A stretch of DNA of 64,000 nucleotides from an uncultured Gammaproteobacteria bacterium (GCA_963714975.1 CAVQQD010000002.1:1-64000), one strand, 5' to 3'; counted from the first letter of the stretch, positions 41,070 to 51,814 are shown. Notes: generated from the letters alone by a model not told the origin. Numbers and translations: made by a program.

Positions 41070-41499
41070 TTTGCTGGAATCAAGTTACTAATGGAATACA
41101 AGGATATCAGATAGACGGCTTGCTGCGCCAGGGTTTTAGATAAACAGAGATTGCCCAGCAGTTAAGGGCGTTCTGCATTACAGATATGCATTTGAAGCTT
41201 AGCACATATCTCAGCTGATAAGGATGCATGGAATGTTTCGAGACTCATTCTAGTCGAAGCAAAGAAAATTTCCCTCAATGCTAAAGAAAATTGACCCATC
41301 ATATAAGCTATCCGATGCACATATTCGGTCAGCAATTTCCGCTAAAGCCTTATTACCGGTCAATGAAATCAATACAAAAAGCAGCAATTGTAAGTCACCA
41401 CTTGTTCTCGCTGCTCCGTCATTAGACCGGCGGGTGACAAATTCGTCAGGAACGAATTTGGACGCGCGAAGCGACCCCAGAAGGGTAAAGCCAAGGATA

Positions 41500-41560
41500 A
41501 CGGACGGGAGTTGGCTGCCTGGTTAGGCTTAGTGCCGAGACAATGCTCCATTGGTCGGAT
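41500..41560 (+). pseudogene. IS110-family transposase remnant
   Basis: Translates as NGRELAAWLGLVPRQCSIG, the conserved IS110 C-terminal domain motif. Confidence 0.65.
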
Positions 41561-41699
41561 ACTAAGTTAAATTATTCTGCGTTGATTTTTTGTCTCAGGT
41601 GGGGTGGCCGATATCAATTATAGTAGGTGGCTGCTTTCGATTGTATTAGGCCGGCCAGAATCAATTGTATTGGGTGGTCAGATTGCATTGCATTATGCA

Positions 41700-41880
41700 T
41701 AGGCCTACGTCACTGCTCGATTGATGATTTAATATGCGCTTCAAAGCATAACCTGGAATAACCAAACTCTCCCCTACCGTAATAATGGTACGGCGCAAAT
41801 CATGCATCGTAAATTTTTTACCAGTCTGTTCGATAATCTTGGAATTTTTTTCCGCGGCTCAATTAAAAAACCTTGCTGGC
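41700..41880 (-). pseudogene. Tyrosine integrase C-terminal remnant
   Basis: Manual translation: IIEQTGKKFTMHDLRRTIITVGESLVIPGYALKRILNHQSSSDV. Confidence 0.8.
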
Positions 41881-41987
41881 CTATTATACGACAGTTGACG
41901 CCGAACACCATCAAAATCGAATTATATACTCAGAGTGTATTTATGGGTGAATCTCACTGTCTGGATTACAGTCAATTGTTATTTCTT

Positions 41988-42098
41988 GGGACAAATAGGG
42001 ACAAAGTGATTTTTTCCATTTGTCCCCCATTTTTTTCGTATAGGTTGTTGATTTTGAAGTGAGGATTTCCTCTGGGACATGTGGGACAATCAGGACAA
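41988..42098. repeat. Cluster of GGGACA repeats; candidate replication origin of the satellite-like element
   Basis: gggacaaatagggacaaa, an inverted tttgtcccc, and gggacatgtgggacaatcaggacaa directly downstream of the primase-helicase gene. Confidence 0.55.
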
Positions 42099-42124
42099 GC
42101 TTTTTTTGTATCCTACAATATGAA

Positions 42125-44506
42125 TTATTCTTCCCACATATTTTTTGTAAAAACATAGCACCTAGATCGACCTATAGTAGGCAAATACTCCCGACGATAA
42201 GGTTTGCCTTGCTGATCAGGTTCGATCCATCTTTCTGCCATTAAGCAATGACTGACACTCCGATAATCCAAACCCATGCAAATTTCTTGGCGAAAAATTT
42301 CAGGGAACACATAAAATTTTAGGGTACCTTCTTGAATTTTTTTGAATCCTGCTCGATTAATCGTATGTGAATTTTCTGCTTCCCAATGACTAAAGCGTGA
42401 TTCCCCATGCGCCTCAAAAAACGCTTTGACTTGGGCTAAAATATGCATTCTTTCTTGATTACCATGCCCACCGCGGTGTGCTAACCACGCCTTAAAGCAG
42501 GTACTGGCTGCTAGGTTAGATTCACCGGATGACCAGCCTGTGATACCAAAATCAGTCGCTAATTCTCCGGCTGCGGCAATTAAACCAAAGCGTTCACACA
42601 CTCGAAATACTTGTCCACTACTATTAGGGGGTAAATTTTTATTGAGAAATTGATCAATGAGGATTTTGATTGTTTGGGGCAAAAGTAGGAAGTAATTGGC
42701 TACCGTAATTTTTTGTAAAAAAGCAATGGCTGCTGTGCCATAGTATTGGGCACTGCCCTGAATTAAAGCTTTACTCAGCTTGACGGCTGAAGTAAAGCCA
42801 TGTAATTCTTCAAAAATTCCCATACAATGCTCTGTATCGCTCGGGATATCCACAAGTCGCACTTCTTGGCCCGCTTTAATTTTTTTACCTACCTCTAACA
42901 TATGTTGTGCCAGTCCTACTTCGCCCGCTGATAAAAATAATAATCGCCATTCATGTCGGCTACGTGCAGCTCCATTTTTATCTGCTCTTGTTTTGCCACT
43001 ACCATTGGCTAACATATAAGCGATTTCCCCTGCTTCCCTGGCATCTACTTGGGCTAATTCATCTAAAATCAAAAGGGTATCGGAACGGAGTGCAGCTAGT
43101 GCTTCTATGCCATTCGTAGTGCCACGCCAACGGTTAACATAATTGCTCCCTCCAAATACAGAGGCAGCTACTTTTAATGCCGTGGTTTTGCCACTGCTGG
43201 ATTCACCCACAAAGTGAATACCGCCTGATTCCATATTGGCTGGATACAACAGCATGGCGGCAAAAGCGCAGGAAAGAGCTAATACGAGACGTGAATTACT
43301 GACGCAAAGCGCTGCAACATGCTGTTGCCAATTTTCCAAACTGCCGTTTTGTTGGTAATCTTTGGGTTGTGTTTCTGCTTGATAAATTAAGCGTTCAATA
43401 GATGAGCCAAAAGTCTGCTGGGGTAAGACAAAAAAATTATCATACCATCCCGTACGACTGACACAGCGTGCACGTTGTGTAGGTTTGCTGGTCATGATAT
43501 AAGCGAGTAATAAATTGCGTGCTTTATTACCAGCAGCAATATCCAAGCCTAAACGCAATAATTCACCACGAACTTCTTCGCCGCTGCCTTTGAGCATTTC
43601 CATCGGCATTGCCCAAGTGTGTAAATGCTTATCACTATCATAAAACTCTAACAGTCTACCCCAATTTTCAGAGGCTTTGTCACGTAGTAGAGCTTTAATT
43701 TCCAATTGTGAACATATCCACAACACTTCTTCTTCTCTTAAATAAAAAACTCCTTTTTCATTGGCTTTAAAACAACCGGCATCGGCATTAAAATACGATC
43801 CTTTCACTTCTACGTTTTTAGATAAATTAGAGGGAGAACTCGATTGCCCCTGGGATGATGCCGGTTTGATCAGTGGTAATGCCACGATATCTTGTGTTGT
43901 GGCATCTGGATTTTGCTCCAACCAATTAATACAATCTCCTTTGACCGGCAAATTTAATAGTGCCACATTAATCCATTGGGTTTCGCAATGGTAGGAAGCT
44001 AATTTTGTAGTCACATGAGTTGCATAATTCAACCCCGCTTCATCGTTATCAGGCCAGATAATGACTTGACGCTTAGCAAGTGGCCCCCAATCGGTAGTTT
44101 CAACACTATCCACGCCTCCAGATGTGGTGGCGGTTATACCCAATTTTCGTAAATAGTCAACACACAACTCACCTTCAACCAGCCAAACTGTAGCTGAAAT
44201 ATTCTGAGATAATGTGGGCAGTTGATACAGTGGTTTTCCTTGGATGAAGTGTGGTTCTTTGAGAAAAAAACGTCCTGATGAATCGCAAGATAAGGGGCGA
44301 ATCCATTTTTTACCGGTCACAGGATGCTTTAAACGAATCCGCCAATAAAGAGGTTGGCCTTCCTCATCTTGATAAACATGGAGGGCTTGTTTTTTAAACC
44401 CTTGCGCTAGCATTTTTTGAGTAAAACGTTGTGCAGCACTTTGTTCTGGCGCAATTTTTTGGGTAGGATGCTTGGTGTGAGCAGCTAATGTTGCTGTAGT
44501 TATCAT
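42125..44506 (-). CDS. TOPRIM primase / DUF927 helicase replication protein
   Basis: LVEGE and IWPDNDEAG TOPRIM motifs, VSRTGW, Walker A GESSSGKTT, LDEL. Confidence 0.88.
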   Translation of the reverse strand: MITTATLAAHTKHPTQKIAPEQSAAQRFTQKMLAQGFKKQALHVYQDEEGQPLYWRIRLKHPVTGKKWIRPLSCDSSGRFFLKEPHFIQGKPLYQLPTLSQNISATVWLVEGELCVDYLRKLGITATTSGGVDSVETTDWGPLAKRQVIIWPDNDEAGLNYATHVTTKLASYHCETQWINVALLNLPVKGDCINWLEQNPDATTQDIVALPLIKPASSQGQSSSPSNLSKNVEVKGSYFNADAGCFKANEKGVFYLREEEVLWICSQLEIKALLRDKASENWGRLLEFYDSDKHLHTWAMPMEMLKGSGEEVRGELLRLGLDIAAGNKARNLLLAYIMTSKPTQRARCVSRTGWYDNFFVLPQQTFGSSIERLIYQAETQPKDYQQNGSLENWQQHVAALCVSNSRLVLALSCAFAAMLLYPANMESGGIHFVGESSSGKTTALKVAASVFGGSNYVNRWRGTTNGIEALAALRSDTLLILDELAQVDAREAGEIAYMLANGSGKTRADKNGAARSRHEWRLLFLSAGEVGLAQHMLEVGKKIKAGQEVRLVDIPSDTEHCMGIFEELHGFTSAVKLSKALIQGSAQYYGTAAIAFLQKITVANYFLLLPQTIKILIDQFLNKNLPPNSSGQVFRVCERFGLIAAAGELATDFGITGWSSGESNLAASTCFKAWLAHRGGHGNQERMHILAQVKAFFEAHGESRFSHWEAENSHTINRAGFKKIQEGTLKFYVFPEIFRQEICMGLDYRSVSHCLMAERWIEPDQQGKPYRREYLPTIGRSRCYVFTKNMWEE

Positions 44507-44871
44507 GGCTGGAGCTGGCCTCCATTTTTATTTCCTAAGGCTTCTACCGCTTCGCGGAAAGATTGATGGTAATGCTGACATTGAAAGGCAATAATATTAC
44601 CGCCGCGAGCACCACAAGAAAAACAACGAAAAGCGCCCGTTACTACATTGAGGCGTAAACTAGGAGTTTTGTCCTCATGAAAGCAGCAATTCACGCTAAC
44701 CCAATCCTTATTTACTTGTTTTAAATTAGGGAATTCTTGCTGATAATAGACTCTGGGCTCAGGAAACAAGCCAGTATAAAAAATAAAAGTATTCAATTTA
44801 TGATAGTAATTACGCATAAGTTGATCCTCAGATAGATTGTTGAGTGATGGTACGTTGTTTGATGAAAGCAT
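44503..44871 (-). CDS. CHC2 zinc-finger protein (primase zinc-binding domain)
   Basis: CCFHEDKTPSL...FRCFSCGARGG. Confidence 0.85.
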   Translation of the reverse strand: MLSSNNVPSLNNLSEDQLMRNYYHKLNTFIFYTGLFPEPRVYYQQEFPNLKQVNKDWVSVNCCFHEDKTPSLRLNVVTGAFRCFSCGARGGNIIAFQCQHYHQSFREAVEALGNKNGGQLQP

Positions 44872-45073
44872 CTAAATCAGCTTGTCTATATTTAGCGAGT
44901 CGTCCCATTTTGACATAAGGTAATCCATAGCGTTTTTCACAAGCCCAAACAGCCAGTGTGCTTTCAGTGACGCCAAGATATAAGGCGGCTTCTTTGCGGG
45001 TTAATAAATTGGTGGATGTTTTACTTTCCGTTGAAAAAAGATTTGCAAAAGTAGTTTGATTCGACATAGTCAT
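44828..45073 (-). CDS. Helix-turn-helix excisionase-like DNA-binding protein
   Basis: LLTRKEAALYLGV...LPYVKMGRLAKYRQADLDAFI. Confidence 0.85.
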   Translation of the reverse strand: MTMSNQTTFANLFSTESKTSTNLLTRKEAALYLGVTESTLAVWACEKRYGLPYVKMGRLAKYRQADLDAFIKQRTITQQSI

Positions 45074-45330
45074 ACCTCGTGAATAGTGATGAAAGGAGGT
45101 CGAATATTAAACGAGTAAAATAAGCTGGATAATGGTTGATGTTTTTTCATTTTTATTACCAGAAATAAAAATGAACCATTTTATTCCGGTAATAAATTTT
45201 ATTTTTTTCTTTCCAGGTGGACGCAAACAGCTGAGGGTGTTTATAGAAGAATAAAAAAGTGAAGTAAAGGTATTTAGTACATTGAGTTAATGGGTTAGTG
45301 TTAGGAAGTTTGAAGATTTTAATTAATTTT

Positions 45331-46233
45331 TTAAGGTATAATTATCCTATATTTTGTTTGTATTTGATTCATATTTTCAAGGTAGGAATCCAAATCTAAG
45401 GATTTTCCTTTTTCATGCTTTAATTGGGCAACCATTGCATAGAGACAAGAATTATTCATTACTATTCTAGCCGTACTTTCTGTTGTTTTGCGAACTCGAT
45501 CTACCTTATCACCTTGTATGCGACTGGGAAATAAAGTATCACCCATCATCCAATGTGGAATTTGGACTTTAGTTAACCTTGCCCAAGACATGAGATCGAG
45601 ATAGGGTAAGACTTGATTGACAGCCCACCGACTTAAAACAGTCTTAGAAATGTGGCGCACCTTGGATTTGCTGCGCTTTGTTTTTAACCATTGTTTAAAC
45701 GCCGCAATTAAAGTGACATCTGGCGCAGCCAAATCTATACTCGCTAATCCACCGACTAGAAAAGGAGGCATGGGTGCGCATAATGGGGTTTGGCTATCTA
45801 TAACGCCTTTTTCTTCCTGATGGTTCAGCCAATTGATTAAGTTGATATCGGAATTTTCATCGGAATTTTTTCGGAAAAAAATATTAAATAGAGAAGGGGA
45901 ATTCCATACGTTTGAGGGAATATCTAGAAGAACTTTTACTAATTCTGTCACAGTCAAAGCTTCTCGCTTAGTCATATCTTGTACAGGCGCTACAGTAAGG
46001 GTTGATTTTTTCTCTGGAATCCTATAGTCGTCCACTACTCCGGTGAATACCCACGGGAGATAAAAATCCTGAGCTATCCGCCGTAAATGCAGTTGAACAA
46101 TCCAACCTTCTAAATCTAACTGATAGGCACTGCGATAGTTTTGTAAATCAAACCAATGGGGCAATGACTTAACGAAAGGGAAGTGATTTTTCTTTTTTTC
46201 GGTGGATAACGTAGGTGTTTTTGTTATGGTCAT
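45331..46233 (-). CDS. DUF6387-like protein of integrative elements
   Basis: LPHWFDLQNY, IDLAAPDVTLIAAFKQWL and VLPYLDL motifs; lies between integrase remnant and excisionase. Confidence 0.7.
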   Translation of the reverse strand: MTITKTPTLSTEKKKNHFPFVKSLPHWFDLQNYRSAYQLDLEGWIVQLHLRRIAQDFYLPWVFTGVVDDYRIPEKKSTLTVAPVQDMTKREALTVTELVKVLLDIPSNVWNSPSLFNIFFRKNSDENSDINLINWLNHQEEKGVIDSQTPLCAPMPPFLVGGLASIDLAAPDVTLIAAFKQWLKTKRSKSKVRHISKTVLSRWAVNQVLPYLDLMSWARLTKVQIPHWMMGDTLFPSRIQGDKVDRVRKTTESTARIVMNNSCLYAMVAQLKHEKGKSLDLDSYLENMNQIQTKYRIIIP

Positions 46234-46275
46234 GTCGACTTCCTTTGAATAACATCAGGTAATGAGGGTGGAATA

Positions 46276-46440
46276 TTACGAGGTTTCAGCCTCTTTTACC
46301 ATAGTGTCGAGGCTCTTGATACCGGCGGCTGTTAGCATCGCATTTGTGGCTTTATCGACAGAAGAACGAACAGGATCTAAATCAAGGCGTGCATAGATGG
46401 CTGTTGCTTGAGGTAATTTGTGATTTAAGGATTTACCGAT
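46276..46440 (-). pseudogene. Tyrosine integrase C-terminal remnant
   Basis: Manual translation: IGKSLNHKLPQATAIYARLDLDPVRSSVDKATNAML...ETS*; the rest of the gene is missing. Confidence 0.82.
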
Positions 46441-46909
46441 GGCGACTCGTTCTTTTCTATGGTTTTAATCTCAGCTGCCTCTTTTTTAGGGTCGGCCAAA
46501 TGCCCACCGGAAGGACACGATATAAAATTGTGATTTTTCCTGCAGCTGGACAGTAATATACAATTATTGTGTTACTGATGCACGGTTGGGTATTCGTAAT
46601 CTAAATGCCCTTATTACAGTTATTTTCTCTGCAATTTTAAACGCATTTAAGTTTAACCGTTTCTCTGTTTGTTCAGCCAGTTGCCTGACCATAGCTTGTA
46701 AACAGGCATCGGTCAGATGTTGAAGAAAGGGGGGGGCAATCCATCAACGAAAATCCCTAAGTAGGTGATTCAAGCTCTCAGATGATCTTATGATGTTTTA
46801 TGAATGTTTACCAGGATTGACGAAGATAAATTACTTGGTTTAGTAGCGCCACGGTAGCACTGGGAAGATAATGTGTTAGCTTGAAACTCGTCTAACTCTT
46901 TGATTTAAC

Positions 46910-46985
46910 TGGTGGGCCGTCCGCGACTCGAACGCGGGACCAACGGATTAAAAGTCCGCTGCTCTACCAACTGAGCTAACGGCCC
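46910..46985 (-). tRNA. tRNA-Lys (UUU)
   Basis: GGGCCGTTAGCTCAGTTGGTAGAGCAGCGGACTTTTAATCCGTTGGTCCCGCGTTCGAGTCGCGGACGGCCCACCA; 76-nt cloverleaf ending in CCA. Confidence 0.97.
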
Positions 46986-47063
46986 ATGCTTTGTAGTTGG
47001 CATGAAAGTTTAAAATGATACCGTTTTGTTGTGAAATAACAAGTAATTTATCTTGGAACGTTC

Positions 47064-47705
47064 TTACTTCCCAGGTAAGTTGCCCCAGATGTATTTATGA
47101 AGCTGTACTTGAAACCTGACGGGTAATCGGTCAGCAATTATCCAATCCGCTAGAGATTGGTTAGCTAATTCCTCATGGCTTGGGGAGAATAATACCTCGC
47201 AAAGTTGTGTTAAGCGATAGGTACTCATAAAATTTCGTGCCCATTCATAGTCTTTTCGATTACAAATCACAAATTTCACTGCATCTTGTGCTGATAGGTA
47301 GGGGATGTTTTCCAAGCAATTGCGGTGGACTTCTCCAGAGCCCGGGGTCTTAAAATCCACTATTTTAATCACTCGGGGGTCTACGGCAGAGATATCAAGT
47401 GCGCCACTGGTTTCCAATGAAACTGCGTAGCCTTGGTCACAGAGTGTTTGTAGCAATGATAAGCAGGCCTTTTGTGCTAAAGGTTCACCTCCGGTGACAG
47501 TGACGTAATGAGTTTGATAATGGCTAATTTGCTGCAGAATATCGTCTAAGCTCATAAATTGTCCCCCATGAAAAGCGTAGGCAGTATCGCAATAGCCACA
47601 GCGTAGGGGACATCCGGTTAAACGAATAAATGCCGTCAGGAGCCCGGTGGTACGAGTTTCGCCTTGCAGAGAAAGGAAGATTTCAGAAATGCGTAATTGG
47701 CTCAC
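47064..47705 (-). CDS. queE: 7-carboxy-7-deazaguanine synthase (radical SAM)
   Basis: EIFLSLQGE, CPLRCGYCDT, TGGEPL and QLHK; usual position after cpoB. Confidence 0.95.
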   Translation of the reverse strand: MSQLRISEIFLSLQGETRTTGLLTAFIRLTGCPLRCGYCDTAYAFHGGQFMSLDDILQQISHYQTHYVTVTGGEPLAQKACLSLLQTLCDQGYAVSLETSGALDISAVDPRVIKIVDFKTPGSGEVHRNCLENIPYLSAQDAVKFVICNRKDYEWARNFMSTYRLTQLCEVLFSPSHEELANQSLADWIIADRLPVRFQVQLHKYIWGNLPGK

Positions 47706-47716
47706 AATTAAAAGGT

Positions 47717-48619
47717 CTACGTAGGCGCTTGAGTTTCTTTTAGTCGCTTTTGTGCTAATCGGGCTGCTGCAGAATTGGGGTAGCGAGTTACTATTTTTTG
47801 CAGTTCTTGTTGTGCTTGTGCGGGTTGCCCTGCCTCAGCGTGGATGATAGCAAGCTTGAGCATGACATCAGGGACTTTGCGATAACTGGGGAATTTTTGG
47901 ATTAAAGTGGTAAATTGCTCAGTCGCTAAATCATTTTTATGTTCATTGGCATAGAGCTCGCCTAACCAATAATGGGCATTAGGAGCATGAGTACCTTTGG
48001 GATAAGTTTTCAAAAAAGCTTGGAATGCGGCGAGTGCTTGGGCATTTTTTTTGTTGGCTAACAAATTGAAAGCGGCTTTATAGGCATTTTCTTCTGATCC
48101 GGCTGGCGCCACTTCTGAGGCTGCGGGGGCTTTTTGTGTGCTCGGTGCATTGCGTGTCACATTGGCTTCAGCTTGGGCAATTTTACTGGCTATCTCAGTC
48201 TCTGCGCTAGTTGGGGTTGGAGCATTGACTGCGGCTGCAGGAGGGTTAGCTGTGGATTGAGTTTTTGCTGCTTGTAAGGTCTGAATATCATGCCCTAGGA
48301 CTTCGATTTGACCAGTAATTTGCTGCAGCTGTTGCTGCAAGCTATCAATTTTTCCTGGCAAATTCATTTGCGTTAGGTTTGAGATTTGTTGCTCTAGTAA
48401 GCGCATACGCTCTTCTGCTGAGAGTGCTCGCCGAGGAGAAACAGTAGGGGATTGGTCTGAATCAGGATAGAGGGGTGAAGCAGCAGCGTTATTCATCTCT
48501 TGGTCTACTTGATTTAGGTCAATGACCGGTGCTGCTGCCCAAATTGGTTGAAGTATGCCCCCCACAATACCCAGCATGGAACAAAGAGTTAATTTGCACA
48601 GAGGGCGCATCATAATCAT
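47717..48619 (-). CDS. cpoB: Tol-Pal associated TPR protein CpoB/YbgF
   Basis: Signal peptide, coiled coil, NAHYWLGE TPR; follows pal. Confidence 0.9.
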   Translation of the reverse strand: MIMMRPLCKLTLCSMLGIVGGILQPIWAAAPVIDLNQVDQEMNNAAASPLYPDSDQSPTVSPRRALSAEERMRLLEQQISNLTQMNLPGKIDSLQQQLQQITGQIEVLGHDIQTLQAAKTQSTANPPAAAVNAPTPTSAETEIASKIAQAEANVTRNAPSTQKAPAASEVAPAGSEENAYKAAFNLLANKKNAQALAAFQAFLKTYPKGTHAPNAHYWLGELYANEHKNDLATEQFTTLIQKFPSYRKVPDVMLKLAIIHAEAGQPAQAQQELQKIVTRYPNSAAARLAQKRLKETQAPT

Positions 48620-48628
48620 AAGCTAGAC

Positions 48629-49144
48629 CTATTCTTGGACATCAACCCGACGGTTGCATTGATAGTCTTCTTCCGATTGACCATAGGCAATCGGTTTTTC
48701 TGCACCATTGCTTTCTGTTTGTATCTGGCTCGCGCCATTTTGTCGCAATATGGAAGCCACGGAATTAGCACGACGCCAGCCCAAGGCAACATTATATTCG
48801 CGACTACCGCGGTCGTCGGTATTACCGACTAACTTCACTTTTTGGTGAGTGGAAACTAAATTTTGCCCTAGGCTTTGTAGGCGACTTTGATCTTCCGCAT
48901 GTACCGTGCTTTGATCAAAAGCAAAAAACACGGCATTAGAATTAGTCGGTACATTGCAACTTGTTGCCGGCTGAAAGCCACCCTCGCCCCCTAAACCCTG
49001 GGCATAGGCGCCGCCATTAGCCCCCCCCGCGCCGCCATCTATCCCTGCAGCTCCTGCGCCGCGATGTTTAGTTGAAGAACAAGCGACTAATGCCAAACCA
49101 CATGCACTGATTGTTATTATTTTTATTAGCTGGACTGTTTTCAT
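48629..49144 (-). CDS. pal: Peptidoglycan-associated lipoprotein
   Basis: Lipobox LVAC; GNTDDRGSREYNVALGWRRA and NRRV OmpA-like motifs. Confidence 0.93.
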   Translation of the reverse strand: MKTVQLIKIITISACGLALVACSSTKHRGAGAAGIDGGAGGANGGAYAQGLGGEGGFQPATSCNVPTNSNAVFFAFDQSTVHAEDQSRLQSLGQNLVSTHQKVKLVGNTDDRGSREYNVALGWRRANSVASILRQNGASQIQTESNGAEKPIAYGQSEEDYQCNRRVDVQE

Positions 49145-49162
49145 TGATTTCCTCTTGAGTGT

Positions 49163-50488
49163 TTAAGTAGAAAAAGGTGACCACGCAGGTTCTCTGACAT
49201 CCCCCTCGCGTGCCGGTAAAATTAACTTCACGCGTCCATCGGTTGACACCATGCCTAACACACCATGGCCTCCGGATTGTGTAGCATAAATTATCATCTT
49301 ACCATTGGGCGCTAAACTAGGTGATTGATCATTCCCTGATCGCGTTAAGACAGAATAGCGTCCGGAACTTAAGTCTTGAACCGCAATATTAAACTGATTA
49401 TTTCCTCCGTTCAATACCGCAAGAGCTTTGCCGTCGGGAGCAAGAGATGGGCTAGCGTTATAGTTGCCTTGGAAGGTGACACGCTGCACATTTCCAGAGG
49501 CGATGTTAACGCGGTAGACTTGTGGGCCACCACTACGGCTGGAAGTAAATACTAAGTAGCTGCCATCGCTTGACCAGGTAGGCTCAGTATCGATGGAATC
49601 GCCTTGTGTGAGCTGGGTGGTTTGTTTGGAATGTAAATCCATGATAAAAATTTTGGGATAACCGCTGCGGGTTAATACTAAAGCTAGCTTGCGTCCATCG
49701 GGCGACCAGGTAGGGGCGCTATTGAGCCCGGGGAAATTGCTGACAAGCTGTCGGCTTCCGGTTTGGATATGTTGCACATAGACCATGCCTCGTCCTTGTT
49801 CGAAAGAAACGTAGGCAATTTGCTTCCCGTCCGGTGACCAAGCGGGGGACATGATCGGCTCACGAGATTGCAACAAGGATTTCGGATTATAGCCATCCAT
49901 ATCAGCAACTTCTAAGGCATATTGAATGGAGCCACGACCCAGTTGTTGGGCCAAAACATAGGCGATACGCGTAGAAAACACACCTCGATCGCCTGTAAGT
50001 TTTTCATAAACTAAATCGCTGATGTGATGCGCTAAGGAGCGTAATTGCTGGCTATTGACGGTGAACGATTGGCTGAGTAGGACAGCATTTTTAGCAGCAG
50101 AAGAGGCAGCATAGGTGTCGAGTAATTGGAATTGTACTTGATAGCGACCACCGCCAACGGGTTGGACTTGCCCTACCACAATATTGTTCATGCGGTGTTT
50201 TTGCCAATAATTAAAATCTACCTGATCAACGCGATTGGGGGTTTGTTCCATGTCGGATTTATCCATCACACGAAATCTTCCACTGTTCTGGAGATCAGAC
50301 GTCACGACGCCCACGACATTATCAGGGGCGCGGTCTTGGCTGGGTTGACCCGCAAAAGGCACAATAGCAATGGGAATAGCGCCTTGCAGACCTTGAGTTA
50401 ATTCAAGATCGACTACAGCATGGCTAGGAGCAGTGGCGAACAGTAAAAGGAGCAAGCTGCGTTTAAGTTTTTTTATTGTTGTTATCAT
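49163..50488 (-). CDS. tolB: Tol-Pal beta-propeller protein
   Basis: [15 protein letters not shown] and repeated P.WSPDG units. Confidence 0.96.
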   Translation of the reverse strand: MITTIKKLKRSLLLLLFATAPSHAVVDLELTQGLQGAIPIAIVPFAGQPSQDRAPDNVVGVVTSDLQNSGRFRVMDKSDMEQTPNRVDQVDFNYWQKHRMNNIVVGQVQPVGGGRYQVQFQLLDTYAASSAAKNAVLLSQSFTVNSQQLRSLAHHISDLVYEKLTGDRGVFSTRIAYVLAQQLGRGSIQYALEVADMDGYNPKSLLQSREPIMSPAWSPDGKQIAYVSFEQGRGMVYVQHIQTGSRQLVSNFPGLNSAPTWSPDGRKLALVLTRSGYPKIFIMDLHSKQTTQLTQGDSIDTEPTWSSDGSYLVFTSSRSGGPQVYRVNIASGNVQRVTFQGNYNASPSLAPDGKALAVLNGGNNQFNIAVQDLSSGRYSVLTRSGNDQSPSLAPNGKMIIYATQSGGHGVLGMVSTDGRVKLILPAREGDVREPAWSPFST

Positions 50489-50754
50489 TGCGAAGTTCCT
50501 ATGTCGAAAGTTGAGGGTTTCATTGCAGGGTTACAACAGACTTGCTCTTCAAGCTCTGGTGGTCCGCCGCAGGAAATGCGAATAGCTATATTTAGTACTA
50601 GGAATCCCACCAGCCCTAGGACAATACCGCTGATGGTTAGTCTATTTATGATGATGGAATCAAGATTACTTTGGGGAGCTATTATCGCCAGCCCTAATCC
50701 AGCCAGACAAACCAGAGTTGAGGTCCCAGCGACTAGGTGTCTAATGGTTGCCAT
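50485..50754 (-). CDS. Small two-TM hypothetical protein between tolA and tolB
   Basis: GGAG RBS, two hydrophobic helices, 4-bp overlap with the tolB start. Confidence 0.65.
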   Translation of the reverse strand: MATIRHLVAGTSTLVCLAGLGLAIIAPQSNLDSIIINRLTISGIVLGLVGFLVLNIAIRISCGGPPELEEQVCCNPAMKPSTFDIGTSQ

Positions 50755-50841
50755 AACGATCTCTCCGCAAAAAAGTTTAGATGATTTTAGCTTTATAAAA
50801 ACGAATTTTCAATAATTTTCCTGCCCTGCTGCTGCCTTGAG

Positions 50842-51777
50842 TTAGTTTTGACCGGTTATTTGTTCTGGCTTTACAGTTAAACGCATTTCCCGAAATTGAG
50901 CAGCGAGTTCAGGGGCATCAGGTGTGGGAAGCGGGGAAGCTTTAAAAACTGCGCTGCGGGCTGAGTTATCGAGCCCAATATCACCGCTACTCCGCGAAAT
51001 TTGCACATTCAGCACTTTGCCGCCAGGCCCAACCTGGATCAATAAGGTGCAGGATAAGTCAGGATTAGCGCCCCCCGGGACGACCCAATGTTGACTAATG
51101 GCGTGTTCAATCAGCGCCTTGTATTTGTCAATTTCACTTTGTTGGTCCTTTGTTTTTGCAGCTTCTATTTCGGTTTTTTCAGCAGCAATTTGCGCTTCTA
51201 ACTCTTTTTCTTGCGCCAATTTAAGTTGTTTTGCTGCTGCTTTTCGATGCTCAGCTTTTTCTTCATTAATCGCTTTGGCTAATTCATCTTCAGTGGTCAG
51301 GGCTTTTTCTGGTTTGCTCGGTTTAGGTTTTGGAGGAGTGGGCTCTTGGTATATTGGGGTTGGAATTGGAGTGGGTTGGGGTGGCTGTGGTTTGGTTGCA
51401 ACCGCTGGTACTTTCTTTGCAGGTTCTATGGATTTTAATTCAGGCGCTTTAATCGGCTTTTTGGGCTCTGCGTGTTGTTGGCGCAACAAGGCTGATTGCG
51501 CCTGTTCAATTTTTTTTTCAGGAAATTTTTGTTCTGCCCGAGGTGGTTCTTTTGGTGGTTCCTGAACTTTTGGCGTTGCGGGTTTACTAGGGAGTGGATG
51601 GGCTGCTTTAGGGGATGGTGGGCTCACTGCCACCGCTTTAATAATAGCGACCTCAGGTTGTACGGGTAATTGCTGCAATTCTGAAGAAGATAGGCGCCAG
51701 AAAAGTAAAATGAATAATACGACATGTAAGCTAATCGCTAAAATAACTGGTGTTCGGTAGGATGATTTGTTTTGCAT
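50842..51777 (-). CDS. tolA: TolA
   Basis: N-terminal TM with SLH motif, P/K/E/A-rich linker, SSGD..LD.SA..AV.KASPLP C-terminal domain. Confidence 0.92.
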   Translation of the reverse strand: MQNKSSYRTPVILAISLHVVLFILLFWRLSSSELQQLPVQPEVAIIKAVAVSPPSPKAAHPLPSKPATPKVQEPPKEPPRAEQKFPEKKIEQAQSALLRQQHAEPKKPIKAPELKSIEPAKKVPAVATKPQPPQPTPIPTPIYQEPTPPKPKPSKPEKALTTEDELAKAINEEKAEHRKAAAKQLKLAQEKELEAQIAAEKTEIEAAKTKDQQSEIDKYKALIEHAISQHWVVPGGANPDLSCTLLIQVGPGGKVLNVQISRSSGDIGLDNSARSAVFKASPLPTPDAPELAAQFREMRLTVKPEQITGQN

Positions 51778-51814
51778 ATTATTTCTCGAAATCCCTTCAA
51801 GCGGGAGAGGGGAT

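Larger units (their letters stand above)
41988..46909 (-). mobile_element. Defective phage-satellite/PICI-like element at tRNA-Lys
   Basis: Order from the tRNA 3' end: integrase remnant, DUF6387-like gene, HTH excisionase, CHC2 zinc finger, TOPRIM-DUF927 gene, repeats. Confidence 0.75.

Noticed and set aside
41500-41560. Active IS110 bridge-RNA system
   Set aside because: Only about 20 codons of transposase remain, and no element ends can be defined.
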